Counted from the first letter of the stretch, positions 37,110 through 51,420 are shown. The stretch is DNA of 64,000 bases from Squalus acanthias (GCA_030390025.1 CM059432.1:113896001-113960000), one strand, 5' to 3'. Numbers and translations are program-made. Notes: a model not told the origin generated them from the sequence alone.

Positions 37110-37875
37110 GGGGCAGAAATTCGGGTCTCCACGGGTGAGTACGCGCTGTGTACTTACCCGTAGGACCACCGGAAGTGCCGGTTTCGCGCATGCACTGCGC
37201 ATGCACGGGAAACCGGAACTTCCGGTCTCGTGAAAGAAGGGGTTCAAGGATCAACCGCGTGCGCCGGAGAGGCAGCGCGCACGCAGCGAACTTCGTTTTT
37301 TTTTTCAGGTTTCTCCGTGAGGGTAAGTATGAAGAAGCTGCGCAGGAAAAAAGGAGGCGCAAGGCCTGCTTTTAACAAGGTGAGTGGTGAATTAAATACA
37401 ATTTAAATATTTTTTCAACAGGTTTATCTTTTTTACATACTTTAAAGAAAGGTAAGTTTATTTTTAGCACCGTTAAAAAGTGTAATTAATTTTTTCAAAA
37501 ATTTAAGTTTTTGTTTAAAGTAGTTAATTTATGTAATTTATAGTTATTTTAAAAATGTGATGTTTTTTTTAAATTTATTTGAAGTTTTAGTTAGGTTTTG
37601 GGGGTTGATCTCTATTCATAGATTTGACAGGTCTTCCTGTCAAAATCTATGAATGGAGATTCCCTGCTCCGATTGGCTCTCCATGGCCCACATGATCCCA
37701 GGGGACGCTTCGAACTAACTGCGCCCCTGGGATACGCAAGCACTGCACGCCGGCAGCTGCAGGAGGCCCAGGAGCCGAAGTCCACGCAGGCCCGAAGCAC
37801 AACGGCAGTCACGGTAGGTAAGTATGCGCGCGATGCTTGCACCCGCGGGAAGCCGGAGAGCCGAATTTCTGGCCC
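37110..37875. mobile_element. Harbinger-type MITE (same family as 11465-12227)
   Basis: TIR GGG(G/C)CAGAAATTCGG and TSD ATT/ATC. Confidence 0.9.
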
Positions 37876-37887
37876 ATCATGTATAAA

Positions 37888-40800
37888 GGGATAAAAATTC
37901 GGGTGTTTAACGCCACCTGTTACCGCCAGGAAATGGCGAAAAAACGGCGGCCGGCGCTCTTCCACCAGCTGGTGGCGGGTCCCGTGGCAGGCACCATTTT
38001 GCGAGGGTCAGTAGCGCTGCCGATAAATGTAATCGCTGGAGGAATTGAAATTAACCAGATCGTGATGTCAGTGAGTGTGCAACGCTCACTTGACACCCGA
38101 TCTGCAGCATTGGATTTCGTCGTTCAACTTACCGGCATGCCTAAACAACAATAGGGAGAGCAGGCATTCAACAGCACGAAGGAGGCTGCAGCAACGATAT
38201 TTAAAAGGATCAAGAAGAAATGGGGGCTTGTAAGAAAGGTACTGCAATAATCATGGGCGATTTTAATCATCATATAGATTCGACAAATCGAATTGGCAAG
38301 GGTAGCCTTGAGGACGAGATCATAGACTGTATTCGGGATGGTTTCTTAGAGCAATACATTGAGGAACCAACCAGGGAGCAAGCTATTTTAGATCTGGTAA
38401 TGTGTAATGAGACAGGATTAATTAATGATCTCATAGTAAAGGATCCCCTAGGAAAGAGTGATCATAGCATGGTAGAATTTCAAATTCAGTTTGAGGGTGA
38501 GAAACTTGGGTCTGAAACTAGTGTCCTAAACTTAAATAAAGGCAATTACAAGGGTATGAGGACAGAGTTGGCTAAAGTGGACTTGGAAAATAGATTAAAG
38601 GGCAAGACGGTAGATCAGCAGTGGCAGACATTTAAGGAGATATTTCATAAATCTCAGCAAAGGTGTATTCCAGTGAGAAAGAAAGGCTCTATGAGAAGGA
38701 TGCACCATCCGTGGCTAACTAAGGAAGTTAAGGATGGTATCAAATTGAAAGAAAAGGCATACAATGTTGCAAAGATTAGTGGTAGGCCAGAGGATTGGGA
38801 AATTTTTTAGAAACCAGCAAAGGATGACTAAAAAAATTATAAAGAGGGAGAAGATAGAGTATGAGAGTAACCTAGCAAATAATATAAAAACAGACAGTAA
38901 GAGCTTCTTCAAGTATATAAAAAGGAAGAGAATAGCTAAAGTAAACGTTGGCCCCTTAGAGGATGAGATTAGGGAAATAGAGAAATGGCAGAGACTCTAA
39001 ATAATTATTTTGGATCGGTCTTCACGGTAGAAGACACTAAAAACATCCCAATAATAATAGATAATCAAGGGGCTATAGGGAGGGAAGAACTTAAAACAAT
39101 CTCTATCACTAGAGAAAAGTACTAGGCAAACTAATGGGGCTAAAGGCCGGCAAGTCCCCTGGACCCGATGGCCTGCATCCTCGGGTCTGAAAAGAAGTGG
39201 CTGCAGAGATAGTGGACGCTTTTGTTGTAATCTACCAAAATTCCCTGGATTCTGGAGAGGTCCCAGCAGATTGGAAAACCGCAAATGTAACGCCACTATT
39301 CAAGAAAGGAGGGAGACAGAAAGCAGGAAACTATAGGCCAGTTAGCCTAACATCTGTCATTGGGAAAATGCTGGAATCCATTATTAAGGAGGTAATAGCA
39401 AGACATTTAGAAAATCATAAGACAATCAAGCAGAGTCAACATGGTTTTATGAAAGGGAAATCGTGTTTGACAAATTTGCTAGAGTTCTTTGAGGATGTAA
39501 CAAACAGGGTGGATAAAGGGGAACCAGTAGATGTGGTGTATTTGGATTTCCAGAAGGCATTCAATAAGGTGCTACATAAAAGGTTACTGCACAAGATAAG
39601 TGCGCACGGGGTTGGGGGTAATATTTTGGCATGGATAGGGGATTGGTTAACTAACAGAAAACAGGGAGTCGGGATAAATGGGTCATTTTCCGGTTGGCAA
39701 CCAGTAACTAGTGGGGTGCCACAGGGATCAGTGCAGGGGCCTCAACTATTTACAATCTATATTAATGACTTGGATGAAGGGACCGAGTGTACTGTAGCCA
39801 AATTTGCTGATGATACAAAGATAGGTGGGTTAGCAAGTTGTGAGGAGGACACAAAGAGTCTGCAAAGGGATATAGATAGGTTAAGTGAGTGGGCAAAAAT
39901 TTGGCAGATGGAGTACAATGTGGGAAAATGTGAGGTTATCCACTTTGGAAGGAAGAATGAAAAAGCAAATTATTATTTAAATGGAGTGAGACTACAAAAT
40001 GCTGCGGTACAAAGGGATCTGGGGGTCCTAGTACATGAAGCACAAAAAGTTAGCATGCAGGTACAGCAAGTAATTAGGAAGGCTAATGGAATGTTGGCCT
40101 TTATTGCAAGGGGTATGGAGTATAAAAGTAGGGAAGTTTTGATGCAACTTTACAGGGCGCTGGTGAGACCGCATCTGGAGTACTGCGTACAGTTGTGGTC
40201 TCCATATTTAAGGAAGGATATACTTGCATTGGAGGCAGTGCAGAGAAGGTTCATTAGGTTGATTCCTGGGATGAAGGAGTTGACATATGATGAAAGGTTG
40301 AGGAGGTTGTGCCTATACTCATTGGAGTTTAGAAGAATGAGAGGTGATCTTATTGAAACATATAAGATTCTGAGGGGGATTGACAGGGAGGATGTTTCCC
40401 CTAGTGGGGGTATCTAGAACTAGGGGACATAGTTTCAGAATAAGGGGTCTCCCATTTAAGACGGAGATGAGGAGGAATTTCTTCTCTCAGAGGTTCGTGA
40501 ATCTTTGGAATTCTCTACCCCAGAGAGCTGTGGAGGCGGAGTCACTGAATATATTCAAGGCGGAGATTGACAGACATTTGAACTACAAGGGAGCCAAGGG
40601 ATACGGGGAGAGAGCGGGAATGTGGTGTTGAGGACAAGATTGGATCAGCCATAATCTTATTGAATGGTGGAGCAGGCTCGAGGGGCCGATTGGCCTACTC
40701 CTGCTCCTGTTTCTTATGTTCTTATGATCATCAGCAATCAGTTGCACCTGACATGTTTCTGCAGTTTGACTGGCTCTGTCCAACTTTCTGCAACTCCAGC

Positions 40801-43577
40801 AGCTTTATAAACTTCTTTCAAGGTCCTACAGTAACAGGGAGTGTTGTTGCAAGTGGAGAACGCCTTCATTCTTATTTAATGGCTTCTGCTCACAACGCTT
40901 GCTCACTGTCATGGGGGCTCTACTTGCAGACCCCTCGCGCTCGAGTATCTTCAGAAGCGGGAGCGGAGACAGCGAGGAAGACATGCGCACAGAGGGAGGA
41001 GGCGGAGGGCCAGGAGGGCTCTCCACAAGAGGCCTTACCCACCTAGGGTCTTCCGAGAGCACCTCTCCTACCTCCACTTAAGTGAGAGCAGTGTATTAGG
41101 AGGCTCCGCTTCAGCAAGGAGGTGGTCACAGAACTCTGCCACCTCCTGCAACCAGACCTGCAGCCTGAGAGCAGGGCGAGCACGGCTCTCCCAGTGGCCC
41201 TCAAGGTCACCGTGGCCCTCAATTTCATCGGCAGCAGATCCTTCCATATTGCAGCAGGAGATATAGCCAACATCTCGCAGTTCACCGTCCATCACTGCAT
41301 CCGGGAGGTCACTGAGGCTCTCTACACCAGGAGAAGGGACTACATTGTCTTCTCTCTGAGCAGAGAGAAGCAGGACGAGCATGCAAGTAGCTTTGTCAGA
41401 ATAGCAGGCTTCCCCATGGTGTAGAGCGCCATCGACTGCACACACATGGCTTAGTGGGCACCACATAACAATCCTGAGATCTTCCGTAACTGCAAAGGCT
41501 ACCACTCACATAATGTGCAGGTGGTGTGCGACCACGCACAGCAATTCCTCAATGTCAATGCCCGCTATCCTGGCAGCAGTCATTATGCCTTCATCCTGCA
41601 TCAATCCAGTGTGCCAGCAATCTTCCAGCCACCACAGCATACTCGAGGGTGGCTGCTCAGAGACAAGGGCTATCCGCTCTGCACCTGGCTCATGATTCCC
41701 CTCCGCAACCACAACACCCGTGCCCAGCATTCATATACTGAGCGCCATGCAGCCACCAGGAAAATCATCGAACAGACCATCGGACTATTGAAGCAACGGT
41801 TCCACTGCCATGACCACTCAGGAGGAGCCCTCCAGTACTCGGCTGAGCGGGTGTCCCATTTCGTGATGGTCTGCTGCATGCTTCAGAACTTGGCCATCAT
41901 GAGGACCCAGCCCGTGCCACCAGAGATGGCGGGACCACTTCAGGTGGAGGACGAGGGAGAGGAGGAGGAGGACGAGGAGGAAGAGGATGAGGAGGATGAG
42001 GAGGACGATGAGGAGCAAGAGGAAGAGGAGGGAGGGAGGAGGCAGGCAGCCTATCGTCCATCCGGACAGGCTGTCTGTGAACGGCGCATCAGACTCCGAT
42101 TCCAATGAATGAAACCCCAGATCTTTGTTTCTCACCACATCCCCATCATTCCATCTCTGTCTCACGGAATATCACAGCGTCCTCCTGGACACAAAGCTGA
42201 AAGGAGAGCCACCACAAAACACACATTCCAAACAAAATTAATAAATTTATCACAAACCAATTGACACATATTCACAGGAAAAATATTAACTAATTACCCT
42301 TGAGCAATCCCTTAGTGCTTGTCTTTCGTGTGGCTTTTCCTAATCTAGAGTCCTACAAAGTGCTCCCCCAGTGGCTGCAGCATGGCTAGAAAAGGCTGCT
42401 GAGTGTCCGTGCGGGAGACTTCAGATGGCCTTGCAGGACGCCCTCAGCCAGCTCTGGGCCTGGAAGGTAGATCCAGAAATGCATGCATACAGCATGAGTA
42501 GCCTGAAAGTGAGAAAAGATTATGGGCTGAAGGGGAAGTGGGATGTGAGAAGAGGAATTAGAAATGAACATACCGTTGTTGTCCCCAAGGGGTTGAACCT
42601 CGCTGGTTGCCATGGCATCGACCACGTGCCACCCAATTATCTGGAGTACTCACTCCTCCAGTTGGCTGAAGTCCTGCATGTCTGCCTGGCCCCTGCCTGT
42701 CTGCTGCTGCTCCTGGCAATTATGTGCCAATTTGGGCTGCAAGAGAAAGGGAAGTGTGTGAGTGAGTGTGCTGCAATGTGTTTGGGTGATGTGCCTGCCA
42801 TAGTTGAATAGCTGACAGTGTGTGCAAGGTGTGAGATGTGGGTGTGAATGTTGCAGCAGTGGTGAGGTTGTGAGGGTGAGGTGAAGCTCTGATTGTGAGG
42901 TGTGAGTGGTGATAGGTAGAGATTGTTGGTAGGTGAGTGCTGGGGGTGAGGTGCATTGAACAGTGTGTGAGGCTTGTGGTACAGATGGTGGGATATGGCA
43001 TTTGCTGAAGCCCTCACTCACCTTGACCTGCCATGTGAGGTCATTAAACTTCTTGCTGCACTGGACGGCGGACCATGGCACCACAGCACTGGCCGTCACA
43101 TGGTCCGCTATCACCTGCCACATGGTACGGCACGTATAGGGTGGCAGCCCGCCTCCTCTTCACGGCCACTACAAGTGTCTCCAGAGCTTCATCGGCGAAC
43201 CTCCTCTCCCTGGTGCGACGATCTACCATGTGTACACAAATCTTGCCTGTCCTTGAGCTTCTCCTTTGGGTTGTTGGGCAGCTGTAAACCTAACAACCCT
43301 GACAATGAGATGCTATACCATCAATGCACCTCCCCTTTAAGTACTGAATAAAGCCTGTGCCAAACATGACTATGAATTAGACTGGTCTGATATTGGTCCA
43401 CCTCTTGTGCATTAAGCCAATGAGCATCAGTTTTAGCGCTGAAATCATGACTACAATCATGTTAATGAAGAGTGAGCATGAATTTTGTGTGCTACCTAGA
43501 CCATTTTCAGATGGCGCAGCTTAATGTCGTTTGGCCTTAATACCGCCCATTTTGTGGCTATATCCAATTTCTAGGCC
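37888..43577. mobile_element. Harbinger transposon with a nested CR1
   Basis: Degenerate TIR (GGGATAAAAATT / AATTTCTAGGCC) and TSD AAA/AAA. Transposase on + (about 40911-42108, with stops); Myb remnants on - (about 42470-43229). Confidence 0.85.
38213..40725 (+). mobile_element. CR1 LINE, 2.5 kb, 5'-truncated, with a largely open RT
   Basis: ORFs 38220..38810 and 39197..40417 (406 aa, KFADD). Tail TTCTTATGTTCTTAT. Apparent TSD GATCA (38208-38212, 40726-40730). Confidence 0.95.
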
Positions 43578-44974
43578 AAAGACTTGAAGGGTGTGCAGGG
43601 CAGCTAGTATTTAACATTTAATCATACATTTAATGAGTTGCATGATATACTACATTAACAGTTCCATACACACTGATTATGCACAAATGCATAATAGTGC
43701 AAGTAGTTTTTTTTGATCAGACGGGTGTGCGAAAACACATTACCACGTGTCAGAGTCTCCAAACCATGCCACTGAGGAATCCCCACAAGTAGTGTTGCTG
43801 TTTGTGTAATATGGAGTGCACTCTCTCCCTATAGGGGTACAACTCACTTACTTAAGTCCAGACAGCTCACGCACAGGTTGGCAAGAGCCAACTCTTAGAG
43901 ACTCCCAAGTTTATGCTGAGATACTGCTGGGGTTTAACTAGCTAAAACAGCTTGTAAACTGTAAAAACACAATGATATTTTTGTTATGTGAGGTTGGCCC
44001 ACAAATATCATACAGAGGCAACAAGCATAGAAATATGGCATAAAGCAGGATTACATTCTATGCAGATTACATTTTACATGCTATGCTTATAAAGAGATCG
44101 TGTTTCATTCAGGCTTAGTAATATGGAGTACTGATAAGCTTCTCTCTGCTTGCACAGCCAGGACCACCCTGCCTGTTAGAGCGCTGACTTGCATAGTTAT
44201 CTGGAGCCAAGTAGAAAGAAACTTAGCTGACAGTGACAGGTCTAATTCTCCTGGTCCCTTTAGTGAGCCAAGCTGTATGGTCAAACACCAATACTAACCT
44301 GTCGCACAGGTAGTGATTTACAAAATTTGACACAGAGGGTTGACTTGTGTCTATCGTGACCCCAAAGGGACTTCACTTAGTATATACAGTACAGTAGGGT
44401 GCAGTACAGTACTATATGCTCATAATGTTCCATCTGCTCTTTTCACAGAACAGGGAGAATTCAGTGAAAAACGGGGCAGTTTCACTAACCAGAGGGTCAA
44501 GTGTCACTTAAAGTGGGCACCAGCACAAATGTAAACACTCCAGAAGATGATCACAGTTCATTAGAAGAGGAAGCACGGGGTGATATATGATACAGAGTAA
44601 TGTTGATGAAGAAGTTGATAAGGGACCAGCAGGCACAGGACAAAATTGCAACATACTGACTGCCACATCTGAGTTACGCGAGGATACAAACCTTAGTGGA
44701 CATGCGTTCCAACATAAGATGTTAGAACACATCGTCCATGTTGACCAGTTACTCCCCTCCAGATGCACAGCAGAGGAAGGTGGTATGGCTAGGTTAGATC
44801 AATGGTTGTCTGCACTGAACGCATGGCAACACCATTGACATTTGCTGTGCAGCCCACAGTAAGCTAGGCCATTGGGACATTGGAGAACCTTTCATGAATG
44901 TTCCCACTGCTGCTATGGAAGCTTTGGGATTCAAACTTCAAGACTGCCAGCTTTAACCTGCTTGGAGATCAGTT

Positions 44975-45390
44975 ATAGGCAACACTGGGAGAGGAATTAG
45001 GAGACTTCATCGATGTCCAATGTTCTATATTTACACAGATTAGTGAGCATTGCAAGGAGAGGCCCTCCAGCGGGGGTGTGCGTGAAGTAGCAGAGAAGCT
45101 TCTGGTCGGCACACATGGCAGTAGCAGTCTGTGTATTTATGTAGCCCAGACAGTTAGCACTAACTCTAAAGCCAATAAAATCCACAGTGACTCTAATAAA
45201 GGAGATTGTTACAAATTTGAGGCTCCCGTCGATATCTTATAGGGTTCATTGGTGTCAGTTGCTCCCATAAGAGGATCTCATACCCTTTACATGCCAGAGT
45301 TTACTCACACTGCCCAATATTTACTTATGTGAATACATAACCCAGGGGATGTAACAATCTATCCTCCTTGACATGCAAACTGGATATTGT
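44975..45390 (+). pseudogene. Paramyxovirus-like L relic, connector domain
   Basis: ATG-less open frame of about 87 codons: VQCSIFTQISEHCKERPSSGGVREVAEKLL...VAQTVSTNSKANKI (cf. GQC.AINWAFD.HY.RP.G...ELL...LVNALSHPK..KKF). Confidence 0.55.
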
Positions 45391-48300
45391 GGCCTGGATT
45401 TTGTATTGAGTATAACGGCGAGGCTATCAACGCTCACCATTATTATGCAGTAAATCAGATGTAATGTCCGGAGTCCACATGTGCGCAGTTAAATGTGGAT
45501 ATCCAGAAGTTGCGGTCTGAATTGTCCTTTCCCTCCAAAGGCTGCGCGACACTGGTTCCACGCCGATAGACTCGGCATTCATAAGAGCGTGAATTTGCGG
45601 TACTTACCCACTAGTTACCCACTAAACATAGCAGAAAAGTTAGAACTGGTGCATTCAGGTGTAAGTGAATTTTTAACGGTGCGATAAGTAATAATCAATG
45701 TTCCCTATAAGGTGCGCGGCCATATGGTCCTGCACAGCTCGGGACTAGCACTTTTAAAAATAAGAGGGAACATTGGTCATAATTACTGCCAAACAACCTC
45801 TCTGGCACTGAAAATTTAATTTTACAAGTGTGGAGTCTCATTCCTTCAGAATTTAATGAGTGTTGGAGATTTAAAAAAATAATTCTGTCTGTTTCTTTTA
45901 TCTCTCTCTTTTAATCCCATTTTTCTTTCCCTCCCTTTATGTCACTTTCGATAAATCATTTAAATCTAATTTATACTACCTGGTTTATACTTCCTAGTTT
46001 AGAATCTGTGGGGGAAAAATTCAGTTGGTTTGCGCATCCAGTTAGCGCCTGGCGGGGGCGCTAATGGGGCACTGATGCAGTAGCGCCGCGGCAAAGCGAA
46101 TCCAGCAATGCACGTCAAATCTGGGCCCCCCCCCATAGCGCCGCCACTACGAGTTACCGCCGGGAACCTCAGCGCAGGCAAATCGTGACGTCAGTGAGTG
46201 TACAACTCTCACTGGGCGCCTGATTTGCAAAATTCATTGTCGCCCCCTGCCTTAGCGCCTCGTCCCAACAGCGACAGGGAGAGGCGGCGTCAAGCAGGCA
46301 GATGCCGGCTCCAGGGGCGCGACTTAAAGGGATCATGAGTAATGAGTCGCAGCTCTCAGGTTAGTGCTGTTTCACTATTTCCTTGTCAGTTTGACATTGT
46401 GCAACAGTTTAATTCAGTCATTTAAAGGTTGGTCAGTATCAGGACTGTTGTGGCTACGAACCATTAGTTACATTTATTCTCACAACATATCAAAGTGCTA
46501 CACTTGGTTACATTAATGGGAGCTGTACTGGCAGTCGACCTCTCCCTCCAGGATCTACGGCGGAGGCAGCGGAGGCAGTGAGAAAGATTGGAACATGTGG
46601 CCACAGGGAGGAGAAGGGCCATGAGGGGGCCTTACCCTCCGAGGGTCTTCCGAGAGCACTTCTCCTACCTTCAATTAAGCGAGGAGCAGTGCATTAGAAG
46701 GCTCCGTTTCAGCAAGGAGGTGGTCACAGAACTCTGCCACCTCCTGCAACCAAACCTCCAGCCTCAGATCAGGGCGACCATGGCTCTCTCAGTGACAGTC
46801 AAGGTCACCGTCACCCTCAATTTCTTCGCCAGTGGATCCTTCCAGTCTGCAACAGGAGATATAGCGAACATCTCGCAGTTCGCTGTCCATCGCTGCATCC
46901 GGGAGGTCACAGAGGCTCTCTACAGTATGTGAAGGGACTACATTTCCTTCCCCATCACCAGAGAGAAGCAGGACGAATGTGCATGGGGATTTGCCAGTAT
47001 AGCGGGCTTCCCCATGATGTAGGGCAACATTGACTGCACACATGTGGCTTTGCGGGCATCGCAAAACAATCCTGAGATCTTCCGTAACCGCAAAGGCTAC
47101 CACTTACTTAATGTGCAGTTGGTGTGCGACCACAGACAGCGAATCCTCAATGTAAATGCCCGCTATCCTGGCAGCAGCCACAATGCCTTCATCCTGCACC
47201 AGATTGGTTTGCCAGCACTCTTCCAGCCACCACGTCAAGCTCGCAGCTGGCCGGTCAGAGACAAGGGCTATCCACTCTCCACCTGGCTCATGACTCCCCT
47301 CCGCAACCCCAGCACTCCTGCCCAGCACTCATATAATGAGAGCCATGCCGCCACCAGGAACATCATCGAGCAGACCATTGGCCTGCTGAAGCAACGGTTC
47401 CGCTGCCTTGGGAGCAGCCCTCCAGTACTCGGCTGAGCAGCTGTCCCATTTCGTGGTGGTCTGCTGCATGCTCCACAACTTGGCCATCATGAGGGCCCAG
47501 CCCTTGCCACCAGGGATTGTGGGACCACCTCAGGAGGAGGAAGAAGAAGACAAGGAGGAGGAGGGACAGGAGCGAGGGAGGAGGCAGCCACTCAATCGGC
47601 CTTCCGGAAGGGCGGTCCGTGACCGCCTCATCAGACTGCAGTTGCAGTAAATTAAACCCAAGATCCCCGTTGCTCAACACATCCCCATCATTCCATTCGG
47701 GTCGCAAGCCATATCACAGCATGAAGCTGAAATGAGAGAAACCAGAAAATAATCCAAACTGAATTAATAAATTTATCAATAATCAGTGAACACATATTTA
47801 CAACAACAATATTACCTATTCACCCTTGTGCAATCCCTTAGTGCCCCTCATTACAGTGCCTTTGCCTGCTCTAGTGCTCCTATGAAGTGTTGGCCCAGTG
47901 GCCGCAGCACGGCTGGTGGAAGGCTGCTGAGTGTCCGTGCGGGACACATCAGATGGCCTTGCAGGATGCCCTGGTCGACGGTGGTAGATGCAGCCATGAT
48001 GGCAGCAGTCAGAGCTTGCGTTGCATCAAGCTGAGACTGCATGAGAGCAGTTTGAGATTGGATGCCAACAAGCATAGACTGCATTACAGCACTAAGACAT
48101 TGCGTCGCTCCGCCTGTGCTGCAATGGAAGCTGCCAGATCGCCCATCACATGTGGCATCAGGTCTGGGAGTCCACCCTCTTTGCAGACTCCATGATGTGC
48201 GCAGAGCTCTGTGCAATGTTGGAGGTGGACTCCTCCACACTCCTTATCATTGCCGAGAGGCTCTTGAGCACCCTTGCCATTGTACCTATCATCTCCGTGT

Positions 48301-49478
48301 GCATGCCCATCACCCTTCTTCTAAAGGCCTCCTCATCGAGGTCCTCATCTGAGTCCTGTGCAGCAGAACTCGCCCTCCGGGGAGCTGACTCCCGAGCGAC
48401 CCTTTCCCCCTGACTTTGCTGCAGTCCGCTCGACCCCGGTGCATCACCCTGTGCAGATCCTGCTACTATACTCGCCTCTAAAGAACGCGCAGCGCCAGTA
48501 TCTGAGCTGGTGCCAGCGAGTGAGACATGCAGTGACGCGGTGTGTTCTTCCTCCTCCCGCCTCGTTCTCAACGGTACCCTCAGCGACAGGCTGCTCAGAT
48601 GCTTGCTCATTATCTGAAAGCATAAAGGCACAAGATTCGGGTTAAGGTGAGGGGAGGGAGCAGGAAGGGAGAAATGCATGCATAACGCATGATTAGCTGG
48701 AACGTGCTAAACGCTTGTGGGGTGAGGGGGAAGTGGGATGTGAGAAGAAGGAGTAGGGATGAACATACTGTTGTTGTCCCCAAGGGGGTCAATGTCACCG
48801 GTGGCCACGGCGCCCACCACCTGGCGCCCAATAATCTGCAGCACTCGAGTCTCCAGCGCAGACAGTGGTTGGGTGTCAGTTTGTCCTCCGCCTGTGCGCT
48901 CCTGCTCCCTCCTGTTGTGAGCCACCTTGGCCTGCAAGAGAGAGGAAAGTGTGTGAGTGAGTGTGGAGCAATGTGTTTGGGTGATGTGCCTGCCACAGTT
49001 GAATAGCTGTCATTGTGTGCAAGGCGTGACATGTGGGTGTGAGTGTTGGTAGATAGAAATTGTTGATGGGTGAGTGCTGGGGGTGTGGTGCTTTGGGCAG
49101 TGTGTGCAGACTGTGGTTCAGACGGTGGTATGTAGCATTTGTTGAAGCTTTGACTCACTCTGACCACCTGAGTGAGGTCGTTAAAGTTCTTCCTGCACTG
49201 TGTGTCGGTCCTGGCGACCACAGTGCTGCCCGAAACATGCTGGGCAACCTCCCTCCTCATGGTGCGGAAGACTTGCGGCGAGGGCCTCCTGCCACTTGCC
49301 AGGTAGAACACTGCCCTCCTTCTTTCCACTGCAAACACCAACACCTCCAATGCATGGTCGCAGAAAATGCAGGCTCTCTCACTGGGGCGTGGATCTGCCA
49401 CCATTACGGCTGCTTGAGGTGTGCGGCTCCTTCTCCTTGAAGTGCCGTTCCTCCACCGCTGACCGCAAAATCTGGGCC
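45391..49478. mobile_element. Composite: MITE ends enclosing a Harbinger (about 46010-49430) closely related to 25629-29710
   Basis: Outer TIR GGCC(TG/CA)GATTTTG. Inner left TIR GGGGGAAAAATTC. Transposase on + (about 46516-47650); Myb on - (about 47850-49400); inner right end missing. Confidence 0.8.
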
Positions 49479-49559
49479 ATTGTCTTTTGCACTTGCCATC
49501 ACACATGCTTCTCCAATATTTCAGTAGGTGCAGTCATAAACATTTTAGTGAGAGAAAAT

Positions 49560-50281
49560 CCCCAGTTTTAACTGCCCCCGCCTGGCAGAAACCGGACAGG
49601 AGAGCAGTTAGAATAAGGGCACCAACTTACCCCACTGTGATGCCCCTGCCATCCAGCCGTGCCCCGTTATTAACTTTTTCTTTTTGAGCTGGCAAGCAAG
49701 GCACCCGCAGGAAGGATCTTGCTTTAAATATGCAGATCAGGTCCCGATGACAACATCAAGACTCAACCACAATTTTAGCGGAGGCCTGAGCGGGGGAGCA
49801 GTAACAGCTAACCCGTCAGGCCAAACCTGTCAGGGGATGGATCGTGGACCAAAAGAGGCCCAGGCAGGTAATTTTCTTTAATTATCTTTAGGTTTCCTTG
49901 TGAGTCAGGAGGAGCAAGGAGTGTTCCTCCAGGCCCCACAAGGAAACCTTGGGCCTCCCTTGTCCCTGGATTCCCCCCCACGCTTCGTAGATCGCGATGA
50001 CCCCTCCCCCCCCCCCGCCCCCCACCAACCCCACACTTACCTGACTCTTCCTGCGGGTCCCCAGTGGAAGCCAAATTCCCCCGAATTCCCACTCCCGCCC
50101 GTCGGCAGGGAGTGGATCTGGCCGGATTCAAGCGGCAGTCCGACAAAATTTAAGGAAATGAGGCCCAGCTGTTAAAGTTGATCGGTTCTCAACGTTTCCA
50201 TTGCTTGCGATGCATCGCCTACTTCACGGCTCGCAAGCACTGTTCCCAACTCCCCACTCCCCACTCCGTTAAAATTGGGCC
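49560..50281. mobile_element. Harbinger-type MITE, related to 36122-36756 in inverse orientation
   Basis: Right end TTAAAATTGGGCC. Shared internal motifs (TTTAAATATGCAGATC, GAGGCCCAG.CAGGTAA). Confidence 0.65.
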
Positions 50282-50304
50282 ATAGTCATAATGAATTATT
50301 AAGC

Positions 50305-51032
50305 TGAAAAAGCTATCCAGCCTGATCCCACTTTCCAGCTCTTGGTCTGTAGCCTTGTAGGTTACGGCACTTCAAGTGCACATCCAAGTACTTTTTAAAT
50401 GTGATGAGGGTTTCTGCCTCTACCACCCTTTCAGGCAGTGAGTTCCAGACCCCCACCACCCTCTGGGTGAAAAAAGTTCTCCTCAACTCCCCTCTAATCC
50501 TTCTTTAAATTACTTTAAATCTATCCCCCCTGGTTATTGACCCCTCTGCTAAGGGAAATAGGTCCTTCCTATCCACTCTATCTAGGCCCCTCATAATTTT
50601 ATACACCTCAATCAAGTCTCCCCTCAGCCTCTTGTTCCAAAGAAAACAAACCCAGCCTATCCAATCTTTCCTCATAGCTAAAATTCCCCAGTCCTGGCAA
50701 CGTCCTCGTAAATCTCCTCTGCACCCTCTCGAGTGCAATCACATCCTTCCTGTAATGTGGTGACCAGAACTGCACGCAGTATTCTAGCTGTGGTAACCAG
50801 TGTTTTATACATTTCTAGCATAACTTCCCTGCTCTTATATTCTATGCCTCAGCTAATAAAGAAAGTATCCCGTATGCCTTCTTAACCACCTTATCTGCCT
50901 GTCCTGCTACCTTCAGGGATCTGTGGACATGCACTCCAAGGTCCCTCTGTTCCTCTACACTTCTCACTATCCTACCATTTATTGTGTATTCCCTTGCCTT
51001 GTTAGCCCTCCCCAAATGCATTATCTCACACT
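50305..51032 (-). mobile_element. CR1 3' fragment
   Basis: ORF 50505..50738 (RLRGDLIEVYKI). Confidence 0.9.
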
Positions 51033-51420
51033 TCTATCATGACCTGAGTCTGGCTGACAGCCTACTCGAGCAAATTTCTGTTTACAAACTGGACTGGCAA
51101 TGTGTGTTGCTGTCCCTATTTAATCTTCCTATGTTAACAACCAGAGGGGAGGGCCTAAGGCAGACAATCCCTGCCGAGACCCCGGCACCAAGAACATCCC
51201 AACACAAAGGATTGATTATCACGACAGGTTAATGAATTGCTTATTGGCTTCAGTCCTTGGGGAAGCGACTTCACTGTCTGTCTCATTAATACTTCAACCA
51301 ACTCTTTTTCTGAACGTTTGTGAATACACTTTGCCTTAAATCCAAAACATTGACGTTTAACTATTTTCCAAATACTTTCTGTGGAGAAATGACAAAGTCA
51401 TAAAAATTGACGTCTCTCCT
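51033..51420 (+). pseudogene. Paramyxovirus-like L relic, methyltransferase domain (K, GxG and D motifs)
   Basis: ISVYK (K at 51086), 20 residues before GEGLR (51146-51160; one substitution from GEGLG). Then WGSDFT and DKVIKIDV (D at 51409). Confidence 0.6.

Noticed and set aside
39197..40417. Intact active LINE
   Set aside because: 5'-truncated, with frameshifts upstream and downstream of this 406-aa RT frame.
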